A stretch of DNA of 64,000 nt from an uncultured Thiomicrospira sp. GTDB taxonomy: Bacteria > Pseudomonadota > Gammaproteobacteria > CAKMZV01. Every line of letters begins with the position of its first letter. Positions within the stretch are counted from its first letter, which is position 1. The translations under genes and the position numbers were made by a program. The notes beneath the pieces were generated by a model. The model searched no databases and was not told the DNA's origin. It was given only the letters and a program-made list of their open reading frames with translations. Below, in pieces: positions 19,665-30,744 of the stretch. Location: positions 1,664,001-1,728,000 of the forward strand of contig OZ239628.1 in assembly GCA_965195345.1 (NCBI GenBank). The letters run 5' to 3'.

Positions 19665-21653
19665 TTGAATTTTAGAGTCTCCAAAGTAATCGTTTTTTTC
19701 CGCCCTCCTCTTGAAGGCATTTACGACTACATAATTCCAACAGGAATGCACCTGTCGATAGGTCAGCGAGTTAAAGTCCCTTTTGGCGATCGTAATCTTA
19801 AAGGAGTGGTTTTTTCTTTAGAAAAAGAAAGCCATTTACCTGATGAAAGATTACGTTCGATACTAAGCACCTTTGATGATGATCCGCCAATTGCGCGTTA
19901 TATGATTGAATTGGTAAATTGGATTTCCAAATATTATCATTGTCAATTAATTCAAAGTTGGCGTTTATTATTTCCATCCGGTTTACTCAGCACTCCTTCG
20001 TTAAAACTTCTCCATGAAAACAGTTTGCAAATAAATAATTGGTCTTTGCCACCTCTTAATGAATATCAACAAAAAGTGATGGATTCTCTGCAGTCCAACG
20101 ATTCAAAAAAAAAACCGATGGTCACTTTATTAGAAGGTGTAACAAATAGTGGTAAAACGCGCATTTACCAGCACCTTGCAGCGCGTGCAATGACAAAGAA
20201 TCAGCAAGTGTTGCTCCTTATTCCTGAAATTGGTTTGTCATCACAAAATCTTAAGCGATTTTCCAATATTTTTACAGGGTCGGTCTATCTCTATCATTCT
20301 GGAATGACTGCTCGTGATCGTGCTGCAGCATGGAAGGCTGCTTTGAATGGTGTAAGTGGTGTTTTTATTGGCACTCGCTCAGCTCTTTTTTTACCATTAA
20401 GTAGTCCAGGGATTTATATATTGGATGAGGAACATGACGCTTCCTACATCAATCAAAATCAGCCTTTTTACAATACACGCAACGTATTGATTATGCGCTC
20501 TAAGCTGTCAAATGTGCCTGTACTTCTTGGCACCGCAACTCCTTCATTAGAAGTACTAAAACATTCTTTAAGCAACCATTACCAACATCTTCGCTTGACA
20601 CAAAAAACTTACGCGGATAAGCCAATAGAAATAAAGCTCATCGATTTACGTGGTGCTAAGAATCACGGAGGCGTTTCGCCTCAAATGCTCACTCTAATGC
20701 GTGAGCATCTGGAAAATGGCAATCAAGTGATGCTGTTCCTTAACCGTAGAGGTTTTGCCCCTGTTCGCATCTGCCACGAGTGTGGACATATTGAGAAATG
20801 TCCAAAATGCGACCGTTCCCCCACTTACCATAAAAAATCAAACATGCTTATTTGTCATATGTGTCAATGGCAAAAATCTATTGATGACAATTGCCTGCAA
20901 TGCGATGGCAATCAATTTATCACTCTGGGGCACGGCACTGAACGCGTTTACTCTTATATTCAAAAACAGTTCCCTAATGTAGAAATTTCTCAAATAGATC
21001 GAGATACTATAAAAAATATAGCCGAATTTAACACAATTCTTTCACAAATCCAAGAAAATAAAATTCGCATTATTATTGGCACTCAAATGCTAAGTAAAGG
21101 GCATCATTTGCCAAATTTAACTTTGGTGGGCATACTTGATGCAGATCAAGGACTAATGAGTTCGGATTTTCGAGCACACGAACACATCGGTCAACAGCTT
21201 GAGCAAGTAAGTGGGCGCTCTGGTAGAAATAAGCAAGGTTGCGTTGCTATACAAACACATCAGCCACGACATCCTGTTATCACAGCTTGGCTAAGAGGTG
21301 GATACTATGCTCTCAGTCGCAAACTATTACAACAACGCTTTGAAGCTCAATTACCTCCTTATTGGCATCAAGCAGTCGTGCGTGTTGAGTCAAAAGATCC
21401 CACTGACGCAAGTACTTATTTGAATAATCTTTTGCAGGTGCTTCCTCAATCAAATTCTTTATTTATTTCTAACCCGACGATTGCTCCTATCGAAAAAATA
21501 TCTGGAAGATGGCGCTGGTTGCTAATGATGGAAGGTAATTCAAGAGTCGCTTTACACAATGCACTACGAGTTGCTCGCTCCCACATAGATAACAGCCCTC
21601 ACCCTAAAGGGTTGCGATGTCACATCATCGTTGACCCTCCAACACTGAGTTAA
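19665..21653 (+). CDS. priA: Replication restart helicase PriA
   Basis: LEGVTNSGKT, DEEHD, FLNRRGF, four CxxC motifs, GTQMLSKGHH and QVSGRSGR. Confidence 0.93.
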   Translation: MNFRVSKVIVFFRPPLEGIYDYIIPTGMHLSIGQRVKVPFGDRNLKGVVFSLEKESHLPDERLRSILSTFDDDPPIARYMIELVNWISKYYHCQLIQSWRLLFPSGLLSTPSLKLLHENSLQINNWSLPPLNEYQQKVMDSLQSNDSKKKPMVTLLEGVTNSGKTRIYQHLAARAMTKNQQVLLLIPEIGLSSQNLKRFSNIFTGSVYLYHSGMTARDRAAAWKAALNGVSGVFIGTRSALFLPLSSPGIYILDEEHDASYINQNQPFYNTRNVLIMRSKLSNVPVLLGTATPSLEVLKHSLSNHYQHLRLTQKTYADKPIEIKLIDLRGAKNHGGVSPQMLTLMREHLENGNQVMLFLNRRGFAPVRICHECGHIEKCPKCDRSPTYHKKSNMLICHMCQWQKSIDDNCLQCDGNQFITLGHGTERVYSYIQKQFPNVEISQIDRDTIKNIAEFNTILSQIQENKIRIIIGTQMLSKGHHLPNLTLVGILDADQGLMSSDFRAHEHIGQQLEQVSGRSGRNKQGCVAIQTHQPRHPVITAWLRGGYYALSRKLLQQRFEAQLPPYWHQAVVRVESKDPTDASTYLNNLLQVLPQSNSLFISNPTIAPIEKISGRWRWLLMMEGNSRVALHNALRVARSHIDNSPHPKGLRCHIIVDPPTLS

Positions 21654-21760
21654 AATACTTGCTTTAATGAAAAGTGATAGTTTCAAACGTATGGATAGGG
21701 AATAGGAAGAATACAGCTATAGAGAGGGTATAATGATCGCTTACACTAAATGGTTAAAAA

Positions 21761-22429
21761 ATGAGTAAAATTGTTCAAAAAAAAGGTTCTATTCGAAGGC
21801 ATATAATCTCTGGATTATTAATCTGGGTACCTTTAGCCGCAACCTTCATTACATTTCGATTTGTCATCAATTTGTTCGATAGTTTATTGCTGTACCTTCC
21901 TCCACAATGGCAACCCGAGGAATGGTTAAAGTACGATGTACCTGGAATTGGGCTTATTCTTTCTATTATTCTTATCTACATTACCGGCGTTATCGCATCA
22001 AACTACTTTGGAAATCGAATAGTTGGTTTTTGGGAGAATTTGTTAAATAAAATACCATTTTTTAGCACTTTATACAAAGGAATAAAGCAGATGACAGAAG
22101 CCATTTTCACTGCAGGAGATGGCAGCTTTTCAAAAGTCTATATGATTGAATATCCAAAAGATGGGCTTTGGACTTTGGCTTTTGAAACATCGCGGAAAAA
22201 AGGGGAAGCTCAAAAGAAAGTTGGAGGAGAAGATATTGTCAATCTGTTTGTTCCAACCACTCCTAATCCAACATCAGGTTACTTTATTATGATAAACCTA
22301 GATAAGGCCGTTGAATTAGACATGAGCGTTGATGAAGCATTGAAGATGATTGTTTCAGGCGGTGTATATGTACCAGACAGTAGTATAAACAAAAATAAAA
22401 AAAATAAAAGTACCGAAGATGAGAAATGA
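21761..22429 (+). CDS. DUF502 membrane protein
   Basis: [24 protein letters not shown] and [10 protein letters not shown] motifs. Typical position upstream of aspS. Confidence 0.9.
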   Translation: MSKIVQKKGSIRRHIISGLLIWVPLAATFITFRFVINLFDSLLLYLPPQWQPEEWLKYDVPGIGLILSIILIYITGVIASNYFGNRIVGFWENLLNKIPFFSTLYKGIKQMTEAIFTAGDGSFSKVYMIEYPKDGLWTLAFETSRKKGEAQKKVGGEDIVNLFVPTTPNPTSGYFIMINLDKAVELDMSVDEALKMIVSGGVYVPDSSINKNKKNKSTEDEK

Positions 22430-24185
22430 ATATTGTAGTGACATAAATGCTGAAAAAATAGGAAAACAGCGAACGGTTAGTGGCTGGGTTCATTCAGAAC
22501 GAGATCATGGTGGCGTTATTTTCATTGATTTACGCGATGCCTCTGGGATTCTTCAAATCGTTGTTAATCCGCAATTGCCCGATGTTTTTGCTATTGCTGA
22601 AAAACTGCGTAGTGAATGCGTTATTCAAGTCACTGGATTAGTACGTCAAAGACCCCAAGGTACTATCAATGAAGAGCTGCTAAGCGGTGAAGTTGAACTG
22701 GTGGCTGAAGACTTGCAATTGCTCAATGAATCCGAAGCACTCCCCTTTCAATTGGACGACAATGTTTCTGAAGAGATTCGTTTAAAATTCCGTTACTTGG
22801 ATTTGCGTACGCCACGTATGCAAAAAAATATTCGCTTACGCCATAACATTACTAAAGCAGTGCGGAATTATCTTGAAGAACATGAGTTCATTGATATTGA
22901 AACACCTTATTTGACTTTATCAACACCAGAAGGAGCGCGCGATTATCTGGTTCCAAGTCGCGTACAAAAGGGTTCTTTTTTTGCTCTTCCTCAATCGCCA
23001 CAATTGTTTAAGCAATTATTAATGATGGGAGGCTTTGATCGATATTACCAAATTACTCGCTGCTTTCGTGATGAAGATTTACGTGCTGATCGTCAACCAG
23101 AATTTACCCAGATTGATATTGAAACGGCGTTTTTGACTCAACAACAAATAACTTCATATATGGAAGGCATGGTACGTACTTTATTCCACAAAGTACTTGA
23201 TATTGATCTGCCCAATTTTCCAATTATTCCATATGCAGAGGCAATGCAAAAGTACGGCACAGACCGCCCTGACTTGCGTATTCAAGGCCTTGAGATTGTC
23301 GATGTTGCCGACTTATTAAAAAACGTTGATTTCAAAGTTTTTTCTGAGCCTGCAAACAATCCTAAAGGGCGTGTTGCAGCAATTAAAGTACCAAAAGGCA
23401 ACGATATTACGCGTAAAGAAATTGATGCCTATACTGATTTTGTTGGCATATACGGAGCAAAAGGCCTCGCTTATATCAAAGTAAATGATAAATCCATGGG
23501 CGTTGAAGGTTTGCAGTCACCTATTATTAAATTCATGCAGGAGGCTTCTGTATCGATTGTTGACCGTTTAGGAGCAGAGGACGGGGACTTAATATTTTTC
23601 GGTGCTGATAAAAAAAAGGTTGTCAATGAGTCACTTGCCGCTTTAAGAGTTCGATTGGCGAATGATAGAGGCTTACTTGAAGGACAGTGGGCAGCAGCTT
23701 GGGTAGTTGATTTTCCTATGTTTGAAGAAGATGAAAAAGGTCAATTAAATGCAATCCATCATCCTTTTACTGCTCCGTGTTTATCTTTTGAGGAAATGGC
23801 AAAGGTTGATAATCCAGTTGACTTGAATTCTCAAGCTTATGATATGGTCATCAACGGATTAGAAGTGGGAGGTGGTTCTATTCGGATTCATCACCACGGT
23901 GTACAATCAAAAATTTTTGAGTGGCTAAATATTAGCCCTGAAGAATCTGAGAAAAAATTTGGTTTCCTATTGAATGCTTTGCGTTACGGCTGCCCTCCTC
24001 ACGGAGGGATGGCGTTTGGTTTGGATCGATTAACTATGCTGATGACAGGTGAGGACAGTATCAGAAATGTCATTGCTTTCCCCAAAACACAATCATCAAC
24101 TTGTTTGCTCACCAGTGCTCCAAGCGCTGTTGATAAAGTCCAATTACGCGATCTTGGGATTGCACTCAACCAAAAGAAAACATGA
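22419..24185 (+). CDS. aspS: Aspartate--tRNA ligase
   Basis: [44 protein letters not shown] and [12 protein letters not shown] motifs. Confidence 0.98.
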   Translation: MRNEYCSDINAEKIGKQRTVSGWVHSERDHGGVIFIDLRDASGILQIVVNPQLPDVFAIAEKLRSECVIQVTGLVRQRPQGTINEELLSGEVELVAEDLQLLNESEALPFQLDDNVSEEIRLKFRYLDLRTPRMQKNIRLRHNITKAVRNYLEEHEFIDIETPYLTLSTPEGARDYLVPSRVQKGSFFALPQSPQLFKQLLMMGGFDRYYQITRCFRDEDLRADRQPEFTQIDIETAFLTQQQITSYMEGMVRTLFHKVLDIDLPNFPIIPYAEAMQKYGTDRPDLRIQGLEIVDVADLLKNVDFKVFSEPANNPKGRVAAIKVPKGNDITRKEIDAYTDFVGIYGAKGLAYIKVNDKSMGVEGLQSPIIKFMQEASVSIVDRLGAEDGDLIFFGADKKKVVNESLAALRVRLANDRGLLEGQWAAAWVVDFPMFEEDEKGQLNAIHHPFTAPCLSFEEMAKVDNPVDLNSQAYDMVINGLEVGGGSIRIHHHGVQSKIFEWLNISPEESEKKFGFLLNALRYGCPPHGGMAFGLDRLTMLMTGEDSIRNVIAFPKTQSSTCLLTSAPSAVDKVQLRDLGIALNQKKT

Positions 24186-24459
24186 ATACTTCTTTCTTTC
24201 CCTTTAGGATAGATTCAATATAATTATCACTGAAAAATAAGCTCAGCACGCTTATAGCAATGCTCATTCTCTCCTCTTGCAATTTTGCAACGCAGCAAGC
24301 GTATTGATGGATTTTTTTGGGTAAGGTTTAGTAAGAAAGTTGTCCTAGACAATAAAATCTCTCCCTGCCTTTGGGAGTACTCCCCATTGAAAGAAGGAGA
24401 AAAAACCCTTGTTTCGACAATCCCTTCCAAATAAAAAAAATTAAAGAAAAGTTAAGCGT

Positions 24460-25398
24460 TCATTCGTCAAATACTTCGATAACCCCTGTTACTTCTCCTG
24501 ATTTAGAAGTAGCCACCAACTGTTTAATTCTTTTCTGACGCATCAACATCTCGGCTTCGGCAAATTTTGCATTTTCATTTATCATAATCGGGGCAACCGC
24601 CATAAATTCATCAATAGGTTTGCGTAGCGCCAACTCATCAACTAATAACGAACGCCGTAAGTCGCCATCGGTCATGATTCCTTCTAATTTTTTGCCTTGC
24701 ATTATTAAACAAAGCCCCAACCTGCCTTTGGACATTACGACAAGCGCATCGCTGAGCAATGTTCCACTTTCAACATAGGGCAGTGGAGGAGTGTGCATGA
24801 TGTCTTTGACTTGTGTAACCAATCGCTTTCCAAGTGCACCTCCAGGGTGAAATCGTGCAAAATCAGCCTCTTTAAATTGACGTGCCTCAATTAATGCTAC
24901 TGTAATAGCATCACCTAAAGCCATCGTTTGTAAAGTTGATGTTGTCGGAGCAAGGTTATTAGGACAAAACTCCGTTTCATAGTTTAAATTGAGCACTACT
25001 TCTGAGGATCGAGCTATGGTTGAATTAATATTTCCTAGTAAACTTATTATTGGATTTTTTCGTCTTTCAAGACTCGGCATAATACTAAGCAATTCGCTCG
25101 TTTCCCCGCTATTCGACACGAGTAATATAGTATCGTGATCGGTAATCATCCCTAAATCCCCATGCAACGCCTCGCTTGGATGCATAAAGAAACTTGGTGT
25201 ACCAGTCGAAGCTAATGAAGAAGAAATTTTCTGTGCTATTAATCCTGATTTTCCAATACCACTAATAATCAAATGTCCTTTGGTTTTTAAAATCATTTCA
25301 ACGGCTTTATCGAATGCCGTTTCATTGTTATCAGCTAATCTTTTGAGATTTTCTGAAAAATGTTCAGATGCCTGCTTGAGGTATTTGCTGTGAGACAT
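24460..25398 (-). CDS. kdsD: Arabinose-5-phosphate isomerase (KpsF/GutQ, SIS plus CBS domains)
   Basis: GIGKSG, STGTPSFFMHPSEALHGDLG, LAPTTST, FHPGGALG and TDGDLRR motifs. Confidence 0.93.
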   Translation of the reverse strand: MSHSKYLKQASEHFSENLKRLADNNETAFDKAVEMILKTKGHLIISGIGKSGLIAQKISSSLASTGTPSFFMHPSEALHGDLGMITDHDTILLVSNSGETSELLSIMPSLERRKNPIISLLGNINSTIARSSEVVLNLNYETEFCPNNLAPTTSTLQTMALGDAITVALIEARQFKEADFARFHPGGALGKRLVTQVKDIMHTPPLPYVESGTLLSDALVVMSKGRLGLCLIMQGKKLEGIMTDGDLRRSLLVDELALRKPIDEFMAVAPIMINENAKFAEAEMLMRQKRIKQLVATSKSGEVTGVIEVFDE

Positions 25399-26378
25399 TA
25401 CAACAATTTGTCCAATTCATTTTGCGCTAAAGTTGCCACTGTTGTATCTTGGTATTCAAAAACAACCTGATTAAAGATTACCTTTGCTTCATCTATTCTT
25501 CTCAGTTCAAGCAAACTCATTCCTTTTTTAAAAAGACTTTCGTCAATCCTATCGCTATCGGGATAGGTTGCCAAAACAAATTCATATCCTTCAAGCGAAG
25601 TTTGATATTGTCCTTGCACATAATATGCTTCTGCCAGCCAATAGGCTGCTTGAGGGGAAAAAAGACTGTTTGGGTATTTTTTTAAGTATCTCTTAAAACC
25701 GTAAATTGCTAATGCATATTCTCGGTTCAACAAAAATTCAAAGACCACATCATATTCTGCTTCTTGTTGTTTTCGTAAAAAGATTAAATCGATGTCAGCG
25801 TCATTTACTTCCTCATCAACTTCCTCGTCATCTGTTGCTTCGATGTTCCAATCAATAATAGTGCTTTGATCTGGAAAACCTTCCTCTGACTGTCGACCAC
25901 TTAAAAGTGATACGTGTGGCATTTCATCCAAGCTTGGATCATCCCCGATTTTTGCCTTCTCTTCATCAGCCAATAACAGTTCTAACGGATTGGGTTCCTT
26001 AAAAGTATTCGTTGAATTTTTTATTGAATCTATTTGACTTGATGTACCAGTCGAATCAGTCAATTTTGGAAGTAGTGGCTTAGCAATTTCAGTTGATGAA
26101 TCGTTGGATTCCACCACTACCCCTGAAGCGATCATTTTTTCGAGCCCATTTATTCTTTCCTCTAATACTTTTTGCCTCTGCTTATTGCTCTTCTTTTCTT
26201 CCTGCAATTCAAGGTATAAAGTTTCTATTTGATTAAGTAAGTCGTTAATCCTTAATCGATTTTGCTGAAACTGATTAAACAACAATTTATTAGAATTTTC
26301 TTCAGCAATAGCATTTATAGGTGCTAAGGCACTCACTGCAGATATTGCCAACGTTATGGCAAGTAATGTAAACTTCAT
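25398..26378 (-). CDS. cpoB: Tol-Pal system protein CpoB/YbgF
   Basis: Signal peptide, coiled coil, C-terminal TPRs (YPNS....AAYWLAE, YPDS), directly downstream of pal. Confidence 0.85.
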   Translation of the reverse strand: MKFTLLAITLAISAVSALAPINAIAEENSNKLLFNQFQQNRLRINDLLNQIETLYLELQEEKKSNKQRQKVLEERINGLEKMIASGVVVESNDSSTEIAKPLLPKLTDSTGTSSQIDSIKNSTNTFKEPNPLELLLADEEKAKIGDDPSLDEMPHVSLLSGRQSEEGFPDQSTIIDWNIEATDDEEVDEEVNDADIDLIFLRKQQEAEYDVVFEFLLNREYALAIYGFKRYLKKYPNSLFSPQAAYWLAEAYYVQGQYQTSLEGYEFVLATYPDSDRIDESLFKKGMSLLELRRIDEAKVIFNQVVFEYQDTTVATLAQNELDKLL

Positions 26379-26439
26379 ATAGACAATAGCGGTTATTGAT
26401 TTTTTTTGATGTCGAAATGGCGCTTAAATCATTTATAAA

Positions 26440-27105
26440 CTACTGATAATACAGTTCAACTCTGCGATTGTATTGCCAATAAATTTCTTCATGACCCGTT
26501 AGTATAGGACGCTCTTCGCCATACGTTTGAACTTCTATTCGCGAGGCGTCTACTCCTAATGTCAATAGAAAGTCTTTTACGCTTTCTGCACGCCTTTGCC
26601 CAAGCGATAGATTGTATTCTCTGGAACCACGTTCATCTGTATGTCCTTCAAGTAATACTTTTAAGTTTGTACTTTTGTTTATATATTCAGCATGTTCCCT
26701 CAAGATATTTTTACTATTATCTGTAATGGCATCGCTATCATACGAAAAATAAATCGTCGGTTCAAGCCCTATAGAACGGATTGTTTCACCACTTAGCTTA
26801 CGCCCAGAGTCCAGCTGTTCCTCTGATAATAAAAATAGCTTTTCTGGATCAACCGTTTCTCCTGCCGCTTTCGAATTCTCAATTTCATCTAGAATGGCAG
26901 CCGGCCAGTTATTCTCTAATGGATTTGCTTTAGGAGGTTCTGGTTCTGGAATAGGCTCAGGTATTAACTCTATCTCTTCTTGCTCCACTTCTGCAATTAT
27001 TTCTGCTTGAGTCGGTTCTTCTTCAATAACTTCTTCCTTTACAGGCATCGTACAACCAACAATCAAACCTAAAAGAGCTATACTGGTCAATTGAAAAAAT
27101 TTCAT
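26440..27105 (-). CDS. pal: Peptidoglycan-associated lipoprotein Pal
   Basis: Lipobox IVGC, plus EGHTDERGSREYNLSLGQRRA, YGEERP and NRRVE. Confidence 0.95.
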   Translation of the reverse strand: MKFFQLTSIALLGLIVGCTMPVKEEVIEEEPTQAEIIAEVEQEEIELIPEPIPEPEPPKANPLENNWPAAILDEIENSKAAGETVDPEKLFLLSEEQLDSGRKLSGETIRSIGLEPTIYFSYDSDAITDNSKNILREHAEYINKSTNLKVLLEGHTDERGSREYNLSLGQRRAESVKDFLLTLGVDASRIEVQTYGEERPILTGHEEIYWQYNRRVELYYQ

Positions 27106-27124
27106 ATAATTTTACCTTTTCCTT

Positions 27125-28414
27125 TTATAAAACTGGTGCAAGACTCCAAACTGGATCCCTCACATCACCATCAAGTGATTTTAAAACATGTCTTGATTGA
27201 CCATCTACGGTACTGATAATCAACTCCTCTCTATTCGTTACTCTGTTAACTGCAGAATAAATAAGCATTACCCCATTTGGGGCAAAAGCAGGAGACTCAT
27301 CTAAAAAGCTACTGGAGATAACCTCAAATTCATCCCTCTTCAAATCAAGTACAGAAATAAAGAACCCACCAGTTGAACGACTTATCATGGCAAGGTATTT
27401 CCCATCTTTACTTAATGAAGGGTGTGCATTGTAATTGCCTTCATGAGTAACTCTTTCAACTCGATTAGATCGTAAATCTAACTTGAAAATCTGCACCGAT
27501 CCAGAACGATTGGAGGTGAAATAAATCGCTTTATTATCTGGCGAGAATATAGCTTCTGTATCAATAGCGGGATGCTTGGTTAAGCGTTTCAACGCCTTAG
27601 TGGCATAGTCATAGGAATATATTTCAGAGTTTCCATCTTTTGATAAGGTCATGAGAATCTTTTTCCCATCATGTGACCAAGACGGAGCACTATTGATGCC
27701 GTCGTGAGATGCTATTTTTTGACGCTTAGCCGTAAACAACGACTGTACGTATATTTCTGAACGACCGTTTTCAAAGGACACATACGCAATATTTTTGCCA
27801 TCCGGAGACCATGCTGGTGAAATAATCGGTTCTGAAGACTCGAGTACGGTTGCTGATCCATGTCCATCTGAATCGGATACCTGTAACGAGTAGGTGCGTT
27901 TACCTTTCGCATCTTTTTCTACTAATACGTAAGCTATGCGGTGACTGAATACTCCAGGAATACCCACGATGCTTTCGTATACAGTGTCACTAATTAGATG
28001 AGATAACTGTCTAAATTGTTCAGGGAGAGCAGTCCATGATTTTGTCCAATTTATTTTCTTGCGTAATACATCATGTAAAGTAACGGTTACTCTATAACGT
28101 CCTTTTGTTCCCTCTTCTATCTTCCCTGTTAAGACGTTTTCAACCCCTAATAAACGATAAAATTGATAGTTAGGCTTAGTGGTTGCTTTAATTGGCTCTT
28201 TTACATTTTTAAGTTGATTTTTAAATGCACCACTACGAATCAAATCAACAAGAACGACGCCGCTTATACTGTCTTTGTGTGATTGACCCACAAATGGAAG
28301 AACAGCAATGGGTAAAGCATTTAATCCACCACCTATAATTTCAACCTGTATATCAGCTTTAGAAAAAGAACTAACACTTACCAAAAAAAATAAAATCCAA
28401 CGAAATCTATTCAT
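27125..28414 (-). CDS. tolB: Tol-Pal beta-propeller protein TolB
   Basis: PIAVLPF, RIAYV and repeated PAWSPDG/PSWSHDG PD40 motifs. Confidence 0.95.
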   Translation of the reverse strand: MNRFRWILFFLVSVSSFSKADIQVEIIGGGLNALPIAVLPFVGQSHKDSISGVVLVDLIRSGAFKNQLKNVKEPIKATTKPNYQFYRLLGVENVLTGKIEEGTKGRYRVTVTLHDVLRKKINWTKSWTALPEQFRQLSHLISDTVYESIVGIPGVFSHRIAYVLVEKDAKGKRTYSLQVSDSDGHGSATVLESSEPIISPAWSPDGKNIAYVSFENGRSEIYVQSLFTAKRQKIASHDGINSAPSWSHDGKKILMTLSKDGNSEIYSYDYATKALKRLTKHPAIDTEAIFSPDNKAIYFTSNRSGSVQIFKLDLRSNRVERVTHEGNYNAHPSLSKDGKYLAMISRSTGGFFISVLDLKRDEFEVISSSFLDESPAFAPNGVMLIYSAVNRVTNREELIISTVDGQSRHVLKSLDGDVRDPVWSLAPVL

Positions 28415-28423
28415 AACCCTCTC

Positions 28424-29626
28424 CTAAGGTGTAAAGCGAAAAAGGATATTGCTTTCAAAAGTCAATAGTTCAGGCGTTCTCGGCAACGGCTCTGAACGAC
28501 GCACTGCTCTTTCAACTGACAATTGAAAACGTTCGCTGCCTACACAATCAGATAGTTTAACATCAATTATAGACCCATCAGGGTTTTGCTTAACGCGCAC
28601 ATCGCATTTCCACTGTTTTTCAACTTTCGGTGGTTTGCGCCAGTTAGCTCGAACGGTTTGTTGAATGCTCGCCACATAACTGCGTCTTAGTTTTGATAGT
28701 TGTTTTTCTTTCTCTTGCTCTAAACGCCTACGTTCTGTCGCAGCAACTCTTGCTTCTTCTTCCGCTTTTCTTTGCTGACGCGCTGCTTTCTCTGCCTGTA
28801 ATCGCTTTTGCAATTGAAGCTCTGCCAGACGTTTTTCTTCACGTTTTGCTTTTGCTAAAATTTGTTGTTGCTCTTTTTCCAATTCAAGTTTCTTCTTCTC
28901 CGATAGAGTCACATTCTTTTTAATTTCACTGAGCTTCTTCTGAGCAAGATCAACTTTATTGGTTGCACTCCTAACTAAAGAGTTAGCCTTTTTCGCTTCA
29001 TCACTCGCTTTTCTTGCTTCTATTTGAGCTTTCTTTCGCAGATTAACGGCTATTTTTGCTTCCTTCTGTGCCTTTTCTTCTTGTTTTTTTGCATTTTTAA
29101 CATTCAGCAATGCAAGCTTCTCATCTTTCTTAATTTGTACAAGTTCTTTTTTTGCTTTAACTGCTTCAGCTTTGGATTTCTTTTCCACCTGCTTTGCTTT
29201 TTTTACTTTTGCTTCTATGGACTTGAGTTTTTTCTGCTCTTTCTGTCGAGTTTTTATCAGCGACTTTTCAGTTTCTTTTAATTTTGCAACTTGCCCTAAG
29301 CGTTTTCTCTCTTCGCGTTCTTTTCTTAACTTCAATAATTTAATGTGTTTCTCAACCAAATCAGCTTGTACAACTTCTGCTTGAATCAGTGTTTTTTCAA
29401 CTGCTTCTTTCTCTTTTTGTAACTCAGATTCCTCCTGTACATCTGATGAAATTACTGGCTCACTCGATTCTTTCTTAAATAGCTTAAATGTGCTTTCTTC
29501 GGTGTAGCTGACAAGCATAAGCCCAGCAAACGATGCATGCACTATTAAAACGAGTGCAAGCACAATGGGATGTTTAAAGAGTAAAGAAAAAAATGATCGG
29601 TTGTTTCGAGTACTACTGTTCATCAT
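28424..29626 (-). CDS. tolA: Cell envelope integrity protein TolA
   Basis: TM segment with VHAS, long K/A/E helical region, C-terminal W..P...C...SVERAV..SEPLP, located between tolR and tolB. Confidence 0.88.
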   Translation of the reverse strand: MMNSSTRNNRSFFSLLFKHPIVLALVLIVHASFAGLMLVSYTEESTFKLFKKESSEPVISSDVQEESELQKEKEAVEKTLIQAEVVQADLVEKHIKLLKLRKEREERKRLGQVAKLKETEKSLIKTRQKEQKKLKSIEAKVKKAKQVEKKSKAEAVKAKKELVQIKKDEKLALLNVKNAKKQEEKAQKEAKIAVNLRKKAQIEARKASDEAKKANSLVRSATNKVDLAQKKLSEIKKNVTLSEKKKLELEKEQQQILAKAKREEKRLAELQLQKRLQAEKAARQQRKAEEEARVAATERRRLEQEKEKQLSKLRRSYVASIQQTVRANWRKPPKVEKQWKCDVRVKQNPDGSIIDVKLSDCVGSERFQLSVERAVRRSEPLPRTPELLTFESNILFRFTP

Positions 29627-30047
29627 TGCTGAGACTTTCTGTCATTAATCCTACTTTCTCTATGTTCGCTTGCTTAAGCAATGCCATTACTTTCACAATA
29701 TTGCCGTATGCAGATAATTTCTCCCCTCGAATTAAAACAGGCAAATCAGGATTGAGTTGTTTCACTGCTGTAACCAAAGATAACATTTCATTGGTTTGAA
29801 TAGGTTTATTGGGATGTTCGGCAATATTGACATATAAGCTACCTTTGAAATCAACCGTAACAACAACAGGGTCCTCCGTTAAGGAATCGATTTGGCTACC
29901 AATGGTACGCGGTAAATCAACTTCCACCCCTTGCTCAATCAAAGGAGCAGTTATCATAAAAACCAATAGTAAAACCAAGGTGACATCAATATAAGGGACA
30001 ACATTGATCTCATTGAATGGTTTGCGCCGTGTTGACCTGTTATTCAT
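29613..30047 (-). CDS. tolR: TolR
   Basis: EINVVPYIDVTLVLLLVFMITAP motif. Confidence 0.95.
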   Translation of the reverse strand: MNNRSTRRKPFNEINVVPYIDVTLVLLLVFMITAPLIEQGVEVDLPRTIGSQIDSLTEDPVVVTVDFKGSLYVNIAEHPNKPIQTNEMLSLVTAVKQLNPDLPVLIRGEKLSAYGNIVKVMALLKQANIEKVGLMTESLSNDEQ

Positions 30048-30742
30048 GTTCTTTTAATCTTCAATTGTTTTTCCAATAGTCCAGAAAACTCTTCAATAAA
30101 AACATGAGAATTTTGATCGATTTCATTAAGTCGTTCACTTAATCGATTATAAAAAATAACAGCTGGGATGGCTACAAATAGTCCCATTGCGGTTGCAATC
30201 AATGCCTCAGATATGCCAGGAGCTACTAATGCTAACGTCGCATGTTTTACTTGTCCCAGCGCATGAAACGCATGTATTATCCCCCAAACAGTACCGAATA
30301 ATCCAATGTATGGTGCTGCTGTACCTATTGTTGCAAGCAAATTTAATTGCTCTTCCATCTGGTTCATCGATTGGTTAAGAGTGATTTTCATTTTTCGTAT
30401 GATTTGAGATATCAATAAATCAACATCCTGCGGTTCATCGGCATTTTGATTTTGATTCAGGATAGCATATTCATTAAAGCCAGAGAAAAAAATACTTTTG
30501 ATTCCTTGAAAATCTTGGCCTTTTGATTCTTTTTCTGCATTAAACAACTCCCAAAGGTTCTTAGAACTCCAAAATTGTTTTTCAAAAAAAAGATTCAATT
30601 TTTGCACCTTTCTATACGCACTAAATTTCAATATAGCCACGTACCAAACAATTAACGAGCATATAAGTAATGACAGCATGACAAACTGCACGATCAAAGA
30701 AGCGTCTGCCACTAGGGCAAATAAATTAAATTCTGCATTCAT
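30044..30742 (-). CDS. tolQ: TolQ
   Basis: PYIGLFGTVWGI and VAPGISEALIATAMGLFVAIPAV motifs. Confidence 0.96.
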   Translation of the reverse strand: MNAEFNLFALVADASLIVQFVMLSLLICSLIVWYVAILKFSAYRKVQKLNLFFEKQFWSSKNLWELFNAEKESKGQDFQGIKSIFFSGFNEYAILNQNQNADEPQDVDLLISQIIRKMKITLNQSMNQMEEQLNLLATIGTAAPYIGLFGTVWGIIHAFHALGQVKHATLALVAPGISEALIATAMGLFVAIPAVIFYNRLSERLNEIDQNSHVFIEEFSGLLEKQLKIKRT

Positions 30743-30744
30743 AA

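Noticed and set aside
28680-29420. Low-complexity repeats and F/L/C-rich plus-strand ORFs
   Set aside because: Antisense of the K/A/E-rich TolA helix, not a DNA repeat element.
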